Below are positions 1 to 10,389 of a stretch of DNA of 64,000 bases, piece by piece; positions within the stretch are counted from its first letter, which is position 1, and the number at the start of each line of letters is the position of its first letter. Source of the stretch: Candidatus Dormiibacterota bacterium (GTDB lineage Bacteria; Chloroflexota; Dormibacteria; Aeolococcales; Aeolococcaceae). The stretch is taken from assembly GCA_035552595.1 (NCBI GenBank), contig DASZKZ010000035.1, forward strand, positions 9,205 through 73,204. The letters run 5' to 3'. Under the pieces are notes generated by a model. The model searched no databases. It was not told the origin of the DNA and worked only from the letters and a program-made list of their open reading frames with translations. The position numbers and the translations under genes were made by a program.

Positions 1-991
1 CGCGCGCCAGCTCAACGAGACCATTCACGCGGTCCTCCCCGAGCAGCGCGTCTTCCGCATCGACCACTACCTCGGCAAGGAGACGGTCCAGAACCTTCTG
101 GTGTTCCGCTTCGGGAACTCCGTGTTCGAGCGCATCTGGAATCGCGACGCGGTCGCGCGTGTCGAGATCACGGTCGCCGAGTCACTGGGGGTCGAGAAGC
201 GGGGCGCGTTCTACGAACAGACCGGTGCCATCCGGGACATCGTGCAGAACCATCTGTTCCAGGTGCTCGCGATCACGGCCATGGAGCCGCCGGTGTCCTT
301 CGACGCCGACTCCATCCGCAACGAGAAGGTCAAGGTGCTGCGCGCCCTCCGACCGCTCAACCCGGCTGAGGTGGTGCGCGGCCAGTATCGGGCGGGCAGC
401 ATCGATGGCGAGCGCGTGCCCGGCTATCACAGCGAGCCCGGCGTCGACCGCCATTCCACCACCGAGACGTTCGCCGCCATGCGCCTGTGCATCGACAGCT
501 GGCGGTGGTCCGGTGTCCCCTTCCTGGTGCGCACCGGCAAGCGCATGGCCAGGCGCGACACGCACATCGTGATCACCTTTCACGAGGTCCCGCTGCACCT
601 CTTCGCCGGCACCGATGTCGGCGCCGTCGACAGCAACCGGCTGATCGTGCACATCCAGCCCAATGAGGGCATCGCGATCTCATTCGTGGCCAAGGTGCCC
701 GGACCCGAGGTGCGCATCCAGCCGGTCAACATGAGCTTCAACTACGGGACCTCGTTCAAGACCTCGCCCCCGGAGGCATACGAGCGGCTGCTCCATGACG
801 CCCTCGAGGGCGATCACACCCTGTTCATCCGCGAGGACGAGGTGGAGCGCGGCTGGGAGGTTGTGCAGCCCGTGCTCGACGCCCCGCCGCCGCTGGTGAC
901 CTACCGCGCCGGGTCGTGGGGACCCCGAGCGGCCGACCCGCTGGCGGCGCCGCTGCACTGGCACAACGCGGGCGCGGGCGATGCGGTATGA
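1..991 (+). CDS. zwf: glucose-6-phosphate 1-dehydrogenase, C-terminal ~330 codons (5' end lies outside window)
   Basis: In-frame translation from nt 2 contains the G6PD signature RIDHYLGKE followed by FRFGNSVFERIWN and a complete C-terminal domain; stop TGA 989-991. Confidence 0.9.
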   Translation, partial: ARQLNETIHAVLPEQRVFRIDHYLGKETVQNLLVFRFGNSVFERIWNRDAVARVEITVAESLGVEKRGAFYEQTGAIRDIVQNHLFQVLAITAMEPPVSFDADSIRNEKVKVLRALRPLNPAEVVRGQYRAGSIDGERVPGYHSEPGVDRHSTTETFAAMRLCIDSWRWSGVPFLVRTGKRMARRDTHIVITFHEVPLHLFAGTDVGAVDSNRLIVHIQPNEGIAISFVAKVPGPEVRIQPVNMSFNYGTSFKTSPPEAYERLLHDALEGDHTLFIREDEVERGWEVVQPVLDAPPPLVTYRAGSWGPRAADPLAAPLHWHNAGAGDAV

Positions 992-1950
992 CCAAGCTGG
1001 TGGGCGTCGATCTCGGCGGCACCAACATCCGCGCCGCCGTGGCCACCGGCGCCTATACCCACACCGTGCCGGCGCTGGCCGCGACACCTGGCAGGGATGG
1101 TCCCGGGGCGGTCGTCGAGGCCATCGCTCGGTGTGTCGACGCGGCGGCGGGCGGCGAGGCCGTCGATGCGGTCGCCGTCGGCATCCCGGGGCCACTCGAT
1201 CCCCGGCGAGGCATCGTCTACGCAGCCCCGCAGCTCGAGGGCTGGGCCGGCTTCGACGCGCGTGGCGCGCTGCGCGAGCGCCTTCAATGCGAGGTCGCCA
1301 TTCACAACGACGCGGACCTCGCCGGCTATGCGGAATGGGTGGCCGGCGCGGGCCGGAACACCAACGATTTCGTCTTCATCACCGCCAGCACCGGCGTCGG
1401 GGGAGCGCTCATCCTCGAGAGGGAGCTCTTTGTGGGAAAGGCGGGCACGGCGGGCGAGATCGGACACCTGCCGCTCGGCCCCGAGTATCCGCCCTGCGCC
1501 CAGGGTCACCAGGGCTGCCTCGAGGGGACGGCCAGTGGCATCGCCATCGCACACGCCGCGCGCCGGGCCGTCGGATCCGGCGAGAGGACATCGTTGTCGG
1601 AGCTGGCGACGGCGACCATCGACGGCAGAGCGGTGCTTGCGGCTGCCAGGGCGGGTGATGAGGTGGCGCTGCGGATCTTCACCGCCGCGGCGCGTCACCT
1701 GGGTCGCGCCGTCGGGGGGCTGATCAACCTGTTCTCGCCCGAAGCGGTGGCCATCGGCGGGGGATTGATCAACGCCGGTGAGCTGCTCTTCGCGCCGCTC
1801 CGTGCCGCGGTGGGCGAGATCGCCTTCGCTGTTCCGGCGGGACAGTGCCGCATCGTCGAGGCCGAGCTGGGGACGGACGCCGGGCTGGTCGGTGCCGTGG
1901 CCTGGGTGGTGAGAAGCTTCGGACCCACCGAAGCCGAGTCCAAGCGGTAG
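988..1950 (+). CDS. ROK-family glucokinase
   Basis: MTKLVGVDLGGTNIR N-terminal sugar-kinase motif; CxxGHxGCLE zinc motif typical of the ROK family; ATG overlaps zwf stop (ATGA), implying coupling. Confidence 0.85.
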   Translation: MTKLVGVDLGGTNIRAAVATGAYTHTVPALAATPGRDGPGAVVEAIARCVDAAAGGEAVDAVAVGIPGPLDPRRGIVYAAPQLEGWAGFDARGALRERLQCEVAIHNDADLAGYAEWVAGAGRNTNDFVFITASTGVGGALILERELFVGKAGTAGEIGHLPLGPEYPPCAQGHQGCLEGTASGIAIAHAARRAVGSGERTSLSELATATIDGRAVLAAARAGDEVALRIFTAAARHLGRAVGGLINLFSPEAVAIGGGLINAGELLFAPLRAAVGEIAFAVPAGQCRIVEAELGTDAGLVGAVAWVVRSFGPTEAESKR

Positions 1951-1960
1951 CCGCAACCTC

Positions 1961-2560
1961 CTACGGTCCCGACTCTCCAGCGCGGACCGGAAGACGCAGC
2001 CGGTTGCCCGCAGGCGCGAGCGGACAGAGCCAGCGTGGATCGTGCGCGCAGGACGGGGCATACGCGAAGTTGAAATCGAGCACGATCCCTTCCCGCACAG
2101 CGCCCAGGTCCGCCCCTTTGGCGGTGTCGAGCGCGTAGCGGCCGCCGCCGTACGTCTCCGCGCCGGAGGTGGAGTCGGTGAAGGGCACGAACAGCCCGCC
2201 GGCGTAGCCGTCGAGCCAGAACGCACCGAGGTGGTGAGCGGCACCGTGCATGGTGAAGCGCAGGCTGCCGATGTGGGTCATCCCCGGGACCTCGCCGTCA
2301 CCATCCAGGTGCCGGGGCTCGGTCGGTGTCAACTCGGCATGCACCCGGGCCGAGGCGTCGTACCGGAAGCAGGCGAAGACGTATCCCCCACGCCGGTCGG
2401 GCGGCACGGGCGACTGCGGATGCTCGCTGTAGAGGTGCTGCTTGCCCTGCCGCCAGACATCCCAGGCGTGAGGTCCTGCGCCCAGGCCCCGAACCTCGGC
2501 GTAGAGCTCACTGACCCGGCGACGCCAGTCCGCGAGCTGGAGGACGGTGGTCGCGTCCAA
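1961..2560 (-). CDS. conserved hypothetical protein (resembles DUF1684 family)
   Basis: 199-aa ORF with protein-like composition filling the gap between glk and the reductase gene; family assignment from memory only. Confidence 0.5.
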   Translation of the reverse strand: MDATTVLQLADWRRRVSELYAEVRGLGAGPHAWDVWRQGKQHLYSEHPQSPVPPDRRGGYVFACFRYDASARVHAELTPTEPRHLDGDGEVPGMTHIGSLRFTMHGAAHHLGAFWLDGYAGGLFVPFTDSTSGAETYGGGRYALDTAKGADLGAVREGIVLDFNFAYAPSCAHDPRWLCPLAPAGNRLRLPVRAGESGP

Positions 2561-2575
2561 GGGTCGGCGGCGCCC

Positions 2576-3949
2576 TCAGTCGACGAGCTGCGGAAAGAGA
2601 CCGTCGAGGTCGCGCGAGAACGTCGGGAAGGCGTGGAGGGTGTCTTCCAGAACGGCCAGGGAAACCTCGGCTCTGATTGCCAGGGTCAGCTCGGCGATCA
2701 TCTCGCCGGCACGAGGACCGACCACCAGCGCACCCACGAGCACCTTGCGCTGCATGTCGGCGATCAGCTTGATGACGCCTCCAGGTGGGCCGTTGATGAA
2801 GCCCCGCGTGCCGTTCCCGGAGTCGGCGCTGACCACGCGGACGTCACCCACCTGCGTGCGCGCGCTGGCCTCGCTGAGGCCCACCGAGGCGATCTCTGGA
2901 TCGGTGAAGGTCACCCGCGGGAGGGCACGGTGGTCGGCGACAGCGCTCTCTCCCTTCAGCTGCCTGCCGATGATCTTGCCGTGGTACCAGGAGAGGTGGG
3001 TGAAGGCGCCGATGCCGGTGATGTCGCCGCCCGCCCAGATCCCCGGCGCGGCCATCAGGGTGCGATTGTCCACCTGGATCCATCCCTTGTCGGTGGTGCT
3101 CACCCCGACCGCGGCCAGGTCGAGCCCGGCGACCTTGGGGCGGCGGCCGACGGCGATCAAGAGGCGTTCAGCCGTGTGTGTCTCCCCCGACTCGAGACGC
3201 AGGCTGATGCCTCCGTCGGCATCGTCGGCGGCGACCGCCCGCGCCGAGAGGCTGACGGCGAGGCCGTCCTCCGCGAAGGCCTTGGCCAGCTCCGCTCCCG
3301 CCTCCGGCTCCTCTCCGGGCAGCAGCCTGTCGAGCGCCTCGACGACCCGGACCTCGGTGCCGAAGCGCGCATACGCCTGGGCCAGCTCGGCGCCGATGGG
3401 GCCGCTACCGAGCACCACCATGGAACGGGGCAGCTCGCGGCTGAGGGTGGCCTCGCGGTTGGTCCAGTAAGCGACGCGATCGAGCCCCTCGATGCGGGGC
3501 ACGGCCGCCGATGTCCCGGTGCCGATGACGATCCCCCGGCGGGCGGTGAGCTGACGGTCGCCGACCATCACCGTCGCCGGACCGGTGAGCCGGCCATCCC
3601 CTCGGATCACCACCGCGCCCTCGTCGAGGAGCGCCTGGGTGGCCTTGGTGTCGTCGAGGTAGCGCGCCATGTAGTTGGCGCGCTCGGAGATCTTGTCGAA
3701 GTCGACGTCCCACTCCACGCGCGAGGCGGCGAGACTCCTGGCCCGGCCCGCCTCCGTCAGCACCTCGGCCGAGCGCAGCAGGGTCTTGCTGGGGATGCAT
3801 CCCCAGTACGGGCACTCGCCGCCCACCAGCTCGCGCTCGATGATGGCCAGGCTGATGCCGGTGTCCTTCAGCTCGGACGCCACCCCTTCGGAGACGGTGC
3901 CGGCTCCGATGCAGATGACGTCGAACTCGTCCTCCCGCCCGCCCGCCAC
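2576..3949 (-). CDS. class I pyridine nucleotide-disulfide oxidoreductase (dihydrolipoamide dehydrogenase / mycothione-mercuric reductase-like)
   Basis: N-terminal FAD fold DVICIGAGTVSEG; redox-active CxxxxC in GGECPYWGCIPSK; second NAD(P) GxGxxG (VVLGSGPIGAE); C-terminal HAFPTFS active-site His. Confidence 0.85.
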   Translation of the reverse strand: MAGGREDEFDVICIGAGTVSEGVASELKDTGISLAIIERELVGGECPYWGCIPSKTLLRSAEVLTEAGRARSLAASRVEWDVDFDKISERANYMARYLDDTKATQALLDEGAVVIRGDGRLTGPATVMVGDRQLTARRGIVIGTGTSAAVPRIEGLDRVAYWTNREATLSRELPRSMVVLGSGPIGAELAQAYARFGTEVRVVEALDRLLPGEEPEAGAELAKAFAEDGLAVSLSARAVAADDADGGISLRLESGETHTAERLLIAVGRRPKVAGLDLAAVGVSTTDKGWIQVDNRTLMAAPGIWAGGDITGIGAFTHLSWYHGKIIGRQLKGESAVADHRALPRVTFTDPEIASVGLSEASARTQVGDVRVVSADSGNGTRGFINGPPGGVIKLIADMQRKVLVGALVVGPRAGEMIAELTLAIRAEVSLAVLEDTLHAFPTFSRDLDGLFPQLVD

Positions 3950-3951
3950 AG

Positions 3952-4404
3952 CTACAGGGCCAGCGGCCGGGTCGGGGCCATCACGGCAGCGGGGTTGCTC
4001 TTCCAGTCGACGCCGGGAACGTCCACGTAGAGCTCGAGCTCGTTGCCGTCGGGGTCGAGGACGTAGAGGCTGTGGCTGACGGTGTGATCGCTGAGGCCGA
4101 TGATGCGGACGCCGGCCTCGGTGCAGCGGGCCACCGCCTCGCGAAGCTGGTCGTCGGTGTCGCCGATCTTGATGCCGAGGTGATAGAGCCCCACGCGCCG
4201 GCCCTGGGGCACCTCCTGCGCCTCCGGTCCGACCTCGATGAGGAGCAGCTCATGATGGGTGCGGCCGCTCGAGAACGCGGCTGCGGGGAAGCGCGGGTCG
4301 GGCGTCGATATCTGCGTCCAACCCAGGATGTCGCGGTAGAACGCGGACGAGCGTTCGATGTCGTGGACGTAGAGGACGGCATGGCCGAGTTCCTTCACCT
4401 GCAT
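3952..4404 (-). CDS. VOC/glyoxalase-family protein
   Basis: 150 aa; typical glyoxalase/bleomycin-resistance fold pattern (HAVLYVHDIERSSAFY ... HLGIKIG ... LYVLDPDGNELEL). Confidence 0.75.
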   Translation of the reverse strand: MQVKELGHAVLYVHDIERSSAFYRDILGWTQISTPDPRFPAAAFSSGRTHHELLLIEVGPEAQEVPQGRRVGLYHLGIKIGDTDDQLREAVARCTEAGVRIIGLSDHTVSHSLYVLDPDGNELELYVDVPGVDWKSNPAAVMAPTRPLAL

Positions 4405-4600
4405 CCGAGGAGCGTACCCCGCCGCGCCGCCTTCCAGTCGGCATGGGCCGGCGCGGGGGACGCGACTGACAGCCGGCCACGAGGGGCGGCGACCGACCGC
4501 ATCCGGGAAGGGCGGGATGTTTGGTGCACGACCGGCTCAGTCACACTGATGCCAGCGGGACCCACCCATCGGCGGTCACCGCGTCACTGAGGATCCCGCC

Positions 4601-5554
4601 ATGCCCGCGGTCACCGTCGACGACATCACCTCTCTGCCTCGCGTTGCCACACCCGCCCCGGACGCCGTGCAACGCCCGGTGGTCTCGATCACCACGGCGC
4701 CTCAGGGCCTGGAGGGCGAGGGTTTCCCCGTCCATCGTGCCTTCGCCGGCGTCGATCAGAGCCTTCTCGATCCCTTCGTACACATGGACCAGATGGGCGC
4801 GGTGGAATACGCCCCGGGGGAGCCCAAGGGAACCCCGTGGCACCCGCACCGGGGCTTCGAAACCGTCACCTACATGATGGACGGGACCTTCGCGCACCAG
4901 GATTCGAACGGCGGCGGCGGGCTGATCACCAACGGCGACACCCAGTGGATGACCGCGGGGGCGGGCATCCTCCACATCGAGACCCCACCCTCTGAGCTGG
5001 TCGCATCGGGCGGTCTCTTCCACGGCATCCAGCTCTGGGTCAACCTTCCGGCGGCTCAGAAGTGGACGGATCCGCGCTACCAGGACATTCGCGCCGGTCA
5101 GGTCAGCCTGCTCGCATCTCCGGATGGCGGCGCGCTCATCCGCGTCATCGCCGGCCAGGTCGGCGGTGGGTGCGGACCGGGTGTGACCCACACGCCCATG
5201 GCCATGGCCCACGTGACCATCAGCCCTGGCGCGCGCCTGGTGCTGCCGTGGGCGCGCGACCACAACGCGCTGGTCTACGTACTCTCGGGCCAGGGCACGG
5301 TGGGGTCCGACTCCCGGCCCATCGGCAGCGGCCAGCTGGCCACCTTCGGCGAGGGGGACGCGCTCACCATCACCGCCGCCACCGGCCAGGAGAGTCGCAC
5401 CCCGGCGCTCGACGTGCTCGTGCTCGGCGGCCGCCCCATCCGCGAAGAGGTCGCCTGGTACGGGCCGTTCGTGATGAACACCCAGGACGAGCTGCGTCAG
5501 GCCTTCGAGGATTTCCGCGCCGGCCGCATGGGCGCCGTCCCGGCGGTGCGCTGA
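4601..5554 (+). CDS. pirin-family protein
   Basis: Cupin metal-site motif HPHRGFETVTYMMDG and two-cupin length (317 aa). Confidence 0.85.
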   Translation: MPAVTVDDITSLPRVATPAPDAVQRPVVSITTAPQGLEGEGFPVHRAFAGVDQSLLDPFVHMDQMGAVEYAPGEPKGTPWHPHRGFETVTYMMDGTFAHQDSNGGGGLITNGDTQWMTAGAGILHIETPPSELVASGGLFHGIQLWVNLPAAQKWTDPRYQDIRAGQVSLLASPDGGALIRVIAGQVGGGCGPGVTHTPMAMAHVTISPGARLVLPWARDHNALVYVLSGQGTVGSDSRPIGSGQLATFGEGDALTITAATGQESRTPALDVLVLGGRPIREEVAWYGPFVMNTQDELRQAFEDFRAGRMGAVPAVR

Positions 5555-5563
5555 TCGAGCGGA

Positions 5564-6328
5564 TCAGAGCACGTGCGCCAAGAAGGACTTGGTGCGCTCG
5601 TGCTGGGGGTTGGCAAGAAGGTCGCGAGGAGTTCCGGCTTCGACAATGACCCCGGCGTCCATGAAGAGCAGCGTGTCGCCCGCCTCGCGCGCAAAGGACA
5701 TCTCGTGGGTGACCACGACCATGGTCATACCCTCCTCGGCGAGGCCACGCATGACATCGAGGACTTCGCCGACCAGCTCGGGGTCCAACGCCGACGTGGG
5801 CTCGTCGAAGAGCATCAGCTTGGGCTGCATCGCCAGGGCACGGGCGATGGCGACGCGCTGCTGTTGCCCGCCTGAGAGCTGGTTGGGATAGACGTCCAGC
5901 TTGTCCGCCAACCCCACCCGGTCGAGCAGCTTGCGACCTCGCTCCATGGCCACAGCCGCGCTCTCGCCCTTGACGCGCAGCGGCGCCTCGATGACGTTGG
6001 CCAGGGCGGTCATGTGCGGGAAGAGGTTGAAGCGCTGGAAGACCATGCCGATCTCACTTCTCTTGCGGCACACCTCCCGATCGTGGAGCTCATAGAGCTT
6101 GTCACCGCGCTGCTGGTAGCCCACCAGCTCGCCGTCGACATAGAGCCGCCCCGCATCGATCTTCTCCAGGTGGTTGATGCAGCGCAGGAAGGTGCTCTTG
6201 CCGGAACCTGATGGTCCGATCAGGCACATCACCTCTCGCGGCGCAACATCGACGGTGATGCCGCGCAACACCTCGAGGCGGCCGAAGCTCTTGTGCACCG
6301 CCTCGGCCCGGACCATCGGAGTTGCCAT
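5564..6328 (-). CDS. polar amino-acid ABC transporter ATP-binding protein
   Basis: Walker [13 protein letters not shown] signature [15 protein letters not shown], Walker [13 protein letters not shown]; start chosen at [15 protein letters not shown] rather than the longer upstream ORF. Confidence 0.9.
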   Translation of the reverse strand: MATPMVRAEAVHKSFGRLEVLRGITVDVAPREVMCLIGPSGSGKSTFLRCINHLEKIDAGRLYVDGELVGYQQRGDKLYELHDREVCRKRSEIGMVFQRFNLFPHMTALANVIEAPLRVKGESAAVAMERGRKLLDRVGLADKLDVYPNQLSGGQQQRVAIARALAMQPKLMLFDEPTSALDPELVGEVLDVMRGLAEEGMTMVVVTHEMSFAREAGDTLLFMDAGVIVEAGTPRDLLANPQHERTKSFLAHVL

Positions 6329-6339
6329 GACGCCGACCC

Positions 6340-7353
6340 CTAGCCGTGCGGCCGGTTGATACGAGTCGTGTCCGTGGACGCTTCCGGTAGCGGCTCCGGT
6401 GGTGGCGCGTGGAACTGGAAGAGCATCCGCCGAAAACGCTGCAGAGGGGTGAGCGGCAGCTGTCTCGACGAGCCCCGCGCGAAGTAACGCTCGAGGTAGT
6501 ACTGGCCGAACGTCAGCACTGACGTGCAAACGATGTACCAGACGCTGGCCACGATGAGCAGCTCGATGATGCGGAAGTTGTACGCGGCAATCAAGGTCTG
6601 CTTCTCGAAGAGCTCCTGCACGGTGGTAATGGAGGCGAGCGACGAGGTCTTCAGCATGGAGATTGTCTCGTTGCCGGTGGGCGGGATGATCACGCGCATG
6701 GCTTGGGGGAGGATGACCCGGCGCATCACCAGGAGCCGGCGCATGCCCAATGCCTGGGCCGCCTCGGTCTGACCGTGCTCGACCGAGATGATGCCTGCAC
6801 GAACGATCTCAGCCATGTATGCGGCCTCGTTGAGCCCGAGGCCGAGGATGGCTGCCAGGAACGGACTGATGATGGTGAGCGTGTCCCCGTGCCAGATCAG
6901 AGGTGTGAAGGGGATTCCGAACGACAGGGTCGGGAGGATGAGCTGGAGGTGATACCAGAAGACCAGCTGCACCAGCACCGGCGTCCCGCGGAAGAACCAG
7001 ATGTAGAACCAGCTGACGGTCGACACCACCGGATTGGCCGAGAGCCGCATCACCGCGAGCAGAGCGCCCAGCGCCACCCCGACGGCCATGGCGATGGCGG
7101 TCAGCTCGAGGGTGACGACGAGACCGCTCAGGATGCTCGGTTGCGTCAGCCAGTAGACGACGACATCCCAGTGCAGGGCGGGAGCGGCAGCCAGCTGATT
7201 GATGAATCCCGCTACCAGGGCCAGCAGGATGACGGCAGTCACCCACCGCCAGGGATGACGCACGCCGATGGCCTTGATCGCCTCGGGACGAACAGCCAGG
7301 TTCGCGGGCCCGGAGGGCGTCAGGCCCGGAGTGAGCTCCCCCGGCGGGTCCAC
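6340..7353 (-). CDS. polar amino-acid ABC transporter permease
   Basis: Multi-TM protein with EAA-like loop ([16 protein letters not shown]); sits between the SBP and ATPase genes in the same orientation. Confidence 0.85.
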   Translation of the reverse strand: MDPPGELTPGLTPSGPANLAVRPEAIKAIGVRHPWRWVTAVILLALVAGFINQLAAAPALHWDVVVYWLTQPSILSGLVVTLELTAIAMAVGVALGALLAVMRLSANPVVSTVSWFYIWFFRGTPVLVQLVFWYHLQLILPTLSFGIPFTPLIWHGDTLTIISPFLAAILGLGLNEAAYMAEIVRAGIISVEHGQTEAAQALGMRRLLVMRRVILPQAMRVIIPPTGNETISMLKTSSLASITTVQELFEKQTLIAAYNFRIIELLIVASVWYIVCTSVLTFGQYYLERYFARGSSRQLPLTPLQRFRRMLFQFHAPPPEPLPEASTDTTRINRPHG

Positions 7354-7395
7354 GTTGGTGGTGTCAGCTGGTGCGGATGCTCGTGGCCACCCGCG

Positions 7396-8382
7396 TCAGT
7401 ACGACGGCACGCACGTGGGACCGACGGAGCTGTTGTTGTTCAGGGCGACAGCGCTGCTGGTGATGGCGCCGCTGGCCACGTTCCAGTTCTTGAGGACCTG
7501 CGCGTAGTACCCCTTGTCGATGAGGTACTTGATGGCATCGGTCAGTGGCTTGATCATGCCGCTGCCCTTGGCGATGGCGATTCCGTAGGGCGCCACGCTG
7601 CACGGCTGGCCGGTGAGCTGAAGCTGCCCCTGGAGCACCTTGGTCTGATACTGGGCCACCGGCTGGTCGAGCCAACCGACCTGGGCGCGGCCTCCGGTGA
7701 GCGCCGAATTGGCATCGGTCTGCTTGCCGAAGCTGGCCACGGTGATGTCCGACTTACCCGCCTTGGCGCAGTTGTCCGGGTCGCCTGCGATCGCGGTGCC
7801 ATCCGGCTTCTTGCCCATGAAGCCCCACGCGTCGCTCTCCTCGGTGGTGCCGGTCTCGACCGCGACGGTCTTGCCACACAGATCGGATGCCTGGGTGACG
7901 CTGGTGCCGCCCGTCTTGATCAACCACGCCTCTCCAGCCTGGTAGTAGGTGACGAAGTCGACTGTCTTCTCCCTTTCAGCCGTGGGGCTGAAGCTGGAGA
8001 CGCCGAGGTCATACCTGGTGCCGAGGTCGGGGATGATGGTGGCGAAATCGGCGTTGCTAATGACGAAGGGAATGCCGAGAACCGTGCTGAGCGCCTTGGC
8101 GAAGTCGATGTCCCATCCTTTGATCTGCCCCGAGGCTGGATCGATGAACTCATTGGGGGCGTAGGTGGCGTCAGTGGCCACCTGGATGGCTCCCTTCGAC
8201 TTGATCGCCGAGGGGACCTCGCTGGCGATGTTGGGCTGGACGGAGATGCCCGACGAGCCGCCCGCCGAGCTCGAGGAGGAGCCTGGCGTCCCGGAGGACC
8301 CGCAGGCGGCCACGATCAGCGTGGCGATCACCGCCAAGCCCGCCGCGGTGAGCCGGCGAGAACGGGTGATGGTCTGGCGCAT
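7396..8382 (-). CDS. amino-acid ABC transporter substrate-binding lipoprotein
   Basis: Start taken at MRQTITRSRRL; signal peptide plus lipobox (LIVAAC); type-2 periplasmic-binding-protein composition; first gene of the three-gene transporter operon. Confidence 0.8.
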   Translation of the reverse strand: MRQTITRSRRLTAAGLAVIATLIVAACGSSGTPGSSSSSAGGSSGISVQPNIASEVPSAIKSKGAIQVATDATYAPNEFIDPASGQIKGWDIDFAKALSTVLGIPFVISNADFATIIPDLGTRYDLGVSSFSPTAEREKTVDFVTYYQAGEAWLIKTGGTSVTQASDLCGKTVAVETGTTEESDAWGFMGKKPDGTAIAGDPDNCAKAGKSDITVASFGKQTDANSALTGGRAQVGWLDQPVAQYQTKVLQGQLQLTGQPCSVAPYGIAIAKGSGMIKPLTDAIKYLIDKGYYAQVLKNWNVASGAITSSAVALNNNSSVGPTCVPSY

Positions 8383-8572
8383 GTCAGGACCCCCTACGTC
8401 GATGCGTGATTGGGAATGGCGGCCGATGGGGATTTCAGGGCCGGCGTGGCGCCCCAGAATCCAGCGGAAGCTGCCGCCGGGGCGCATTGTGGACTCGCCC
8501 GCCGGGCACTGTCCACTGTGCGCGGACGGCCGAGACGGAGGTTCCGGCGGCGCCCCCTCATAAGATTGGACG

Positions 8573-9745
8573 GTGGAGCGGTACGACGTCGTCGTATGCG
8601 GACTCGGAGCGATGGGCAGCGCGACGGCATACCAGCTGGCCAAGCGTGGAACGCGCGTGCTCGGCATCGACCGGTTCGCGCCCCCGCACGCTCTGGGATC
8701 GACGCATGGGGACACGCGCATCACACGGCTGGCCATCGGAGAGGGACTGGAGTACGTGCCGCTGGCCATGCGCTCCCACCAACTGTGGCGGGAGGTCGAA
8801 CAGGAGACCGGCGCAGAGCTGCTGACCACCAACGGCGTCCTGATCATGGCCTCGCCGGGACTGCACGCGCATCACCATGGGAAGACGCACTTTCTTGAGA
8901 CAACCATCGAGGCGGCCGAGGCGTTCTCGATCGATCACGAGGTGCTGAACGCCGCGGAGATCAGCAGGCGATTCCCCCAGTTCGGGCTGCGCGGAGGTGA
9001 GACGGGATACTTCGAGCCCGGCGGAGGGTTCGTGCGCCCCGAGCGCGCGGTCGCTGCGCAGCTGGAGCTGGCCAAGCGGCATGGCGCCGCGATCCACTCG
9101 GGCGAGACGCTCGTGGACTTTGCTGATGACGGCGACGGCGTCAGCGTCACCACCTCCGGAGGCGCGTATTCAGCCGGTACCCTGGTCTTGGCGGCGGGCG
9201 CCTGGGTGGGCGAGATCCTCGGCGAGGCCTACGCCGCCCAGTTCGCGGTCACCAGGCAGCTCATGCACTGGTACGCGGTGGCCGGGGCGGTGGGCGAGTA
9301 CCTGCCGGAGCGATTTCCGGCATTCATCTGGGATGACCCCGCCGGTGGCTTCTATGGTTTCCCGGCGGTCGACGGAGGCGCCGGTGGTGTCAAGGTGGCG
9401 GCCGAGGCCGACATCCGGTGTGCGACAGTTGCCGACGTGCGCCGAGATGTGAGCGCCGCCGAACGCTTCCATCTCTACGACAGCGTCATCAAGGATCGCC
9501 TGCCCGGGTTGGCCCGTGACTGCGTCAAGGTGGTGACCTGCGTGTACACCACCACGCCCGACGGGGACTTCGTGGTCGACCGCCATCCGGGGCATGGTTC
9601 GGTGATCATCTGTTCCGCCTGCTCCGGCCACGGATTCAAGCATTCCGCCGCCATCGGCGAGGCGGTCGCGGCGGAGCTTGTCGGCGAGCGTCCGCTCGTC
9701 GACCTGAGCGCATTCTCGTTTGAGAGGCTGCTGCGGACCCGGTAA
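8573..9745 (+). CDS. monomeric sarcosine oxidase / N-methyltryptophan oxidase-like FAD oxidoreductase
   Basis: GTG start; YDVVVCGLGAMGSATAYQLA FAD fold; C-terminal CSGHGFKH motif (covalent-flavin Cys of MSOX/MTOX). Confidence 0.8.
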   Translation: MERYDVVVCGLGAMGSATAYQLAKRGTRVLGIDRFAPPHALGSTHGDTRITRLAIGEGLEYVPLAMRSHQLWREVEQETGAELLTTNGVLIMASPGLHAHHHGKTHFLETTIEAAEAFSIDHEVLNAAEISRRFPQFGLRGGETGYFEPGGGFVRPERAVAAQLELAKRHGAAIHSGETLVDFADDGDGVSVTTSGGAYSAGTLVLAAGAWVGEILGEAYAAQFAVTRQLMHWYAVAGAVGEYLPERFPAFIWDDPAGGFYGFPAVDGGAGGVKVAAEADIRCATVADVRRDVSAAERFHLYDSVIKDRLPGLARDCVKVVTCVYTTTPDGDFVVDRHPGHGSVIICSACSGHGFKHSAAIGEAVAAELVGERPLVDLSAFSFERLLRTR

Positions 9746-9752
9746 ACGAACA

Positions 9753-9826
9753 GGCTGGGGAGGAAGGATTCGAACCTTCGAATGCCGGATCCAAAGTCCG
9801 GTGCCTTACCACTTGGCGACTCCCCA
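9753..9826 (-). tRNA. tRNA-Gln (anticodon TTG)
   Basis: Minus-strand cloverleaf TGGGGAG...CTCCCCA acceptor, anticodon stem CCGGA/TCCGG with loop CTTTGGA (UUG); TpsiC GGTTCGAATCC; near-identical to E. coli tRNA-Gln; 3' CC encoded. Confidence 0.85.
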
Positions 9827-9894
9827 GCGCGCGCACCGATGGTAACCCGGGGCAGAAACGGGGCATGTCGAGCCGGTGATGCGAGACTTCCACC

Positions 9895-10389
9895 GTGACG
9901 CAGGCGCTGTCGACGGGTCCTGAGCTGGCCGGCTACCGCCGGCCGTCCCCGCGCTTGTGGATGGCGCGGCAGGTATCGCTCGGGCTGGTCGCCGTGCCGC
10001 TCAGCCTGGCCGCGCTCGTCCCCGCCTGGGTGTTCGGTTCGGCTGCCGCCGGCGTGCCCGCGATCGTCGGCGTGGCCGTCATCGTGTCGGTCGCCTGGCT
10101 GGTGTTGCGCGGTCGCTTTCGCTCCTGGGGCTACCTGGAGCGCGCCGACGACCTGGTGGTGCGGCGCGGCCTGATCTTCCGGCAGGTGACAGTGGTTCCG
10201 TACGGGCGCATGCAGTTCATCGATGTCAGCGCCGGTCCGATCGACCGCCTGTTCGGCCTGGCCACCGTGCAGCTGCACACCGCCGCGGCGGCGAGCGACG
10301 CACGCATCCCCGGTCTCGAGCAAGCCGAGGCGGACCGCCTGCGCGACCGTCTGGCGTCCCTTGGCGAGGCCCAGGCCACCGGCCTGTGA
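9895..10389 (+). CDS. YdbS-like bacterial PH-domain membrane protein
   Basis: GTG start; two N-terminal TM helices followed by a bPH_2-like domain (VVPYGRMQFIDVSAGPIDRLFGLATVQLHTA); stop overlaps next start (TGATG). Confidence 0.7.
   Translation: MTQALSTGPELAGYRRPSPRLWMARQVSLGLVAVPLSLAALVPAWVFGSAAAGVPAIVGVAVIVSVAWLVLRGRFRSWGYLERADDLVVRRGLIFRQVTVVPYGRMQFIDVSAGPIDRLFGLATVQLHTAAAASDARIPGLEQAEADRLRDRLASLGEAQATGL

Noticed and set aside
901-4030. Long antisense or alternative-frame ORFs (901..2244 -, 981..1658 +, 1097..1723 +, 2042..4030 +, 2547..3470 +)
   Set aside because: They overlap confidently identified genes (zwf, glk, DUF1684-like, the disulfide reductase). Their translations are Arg/Ala/Pro/Gly-rich with no domain signatures. 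This is typical shadow-ORF behaviour in ~70% GC DNA.
6703-8409. 568-aa + strand ORF opposite the ABC permease and SBP genes
   Set aside because: Low-complexity D/E/G/R-rich translation, fully antisense to two genes with clear transporter motifs.
9957-10388. Upstream 144 codons of ORF 9957..11705
   Set aside because: It lies out of frame over ydbS. The true YdbT-like start is the ATG at 10389, which overlaps the ydbS stop.
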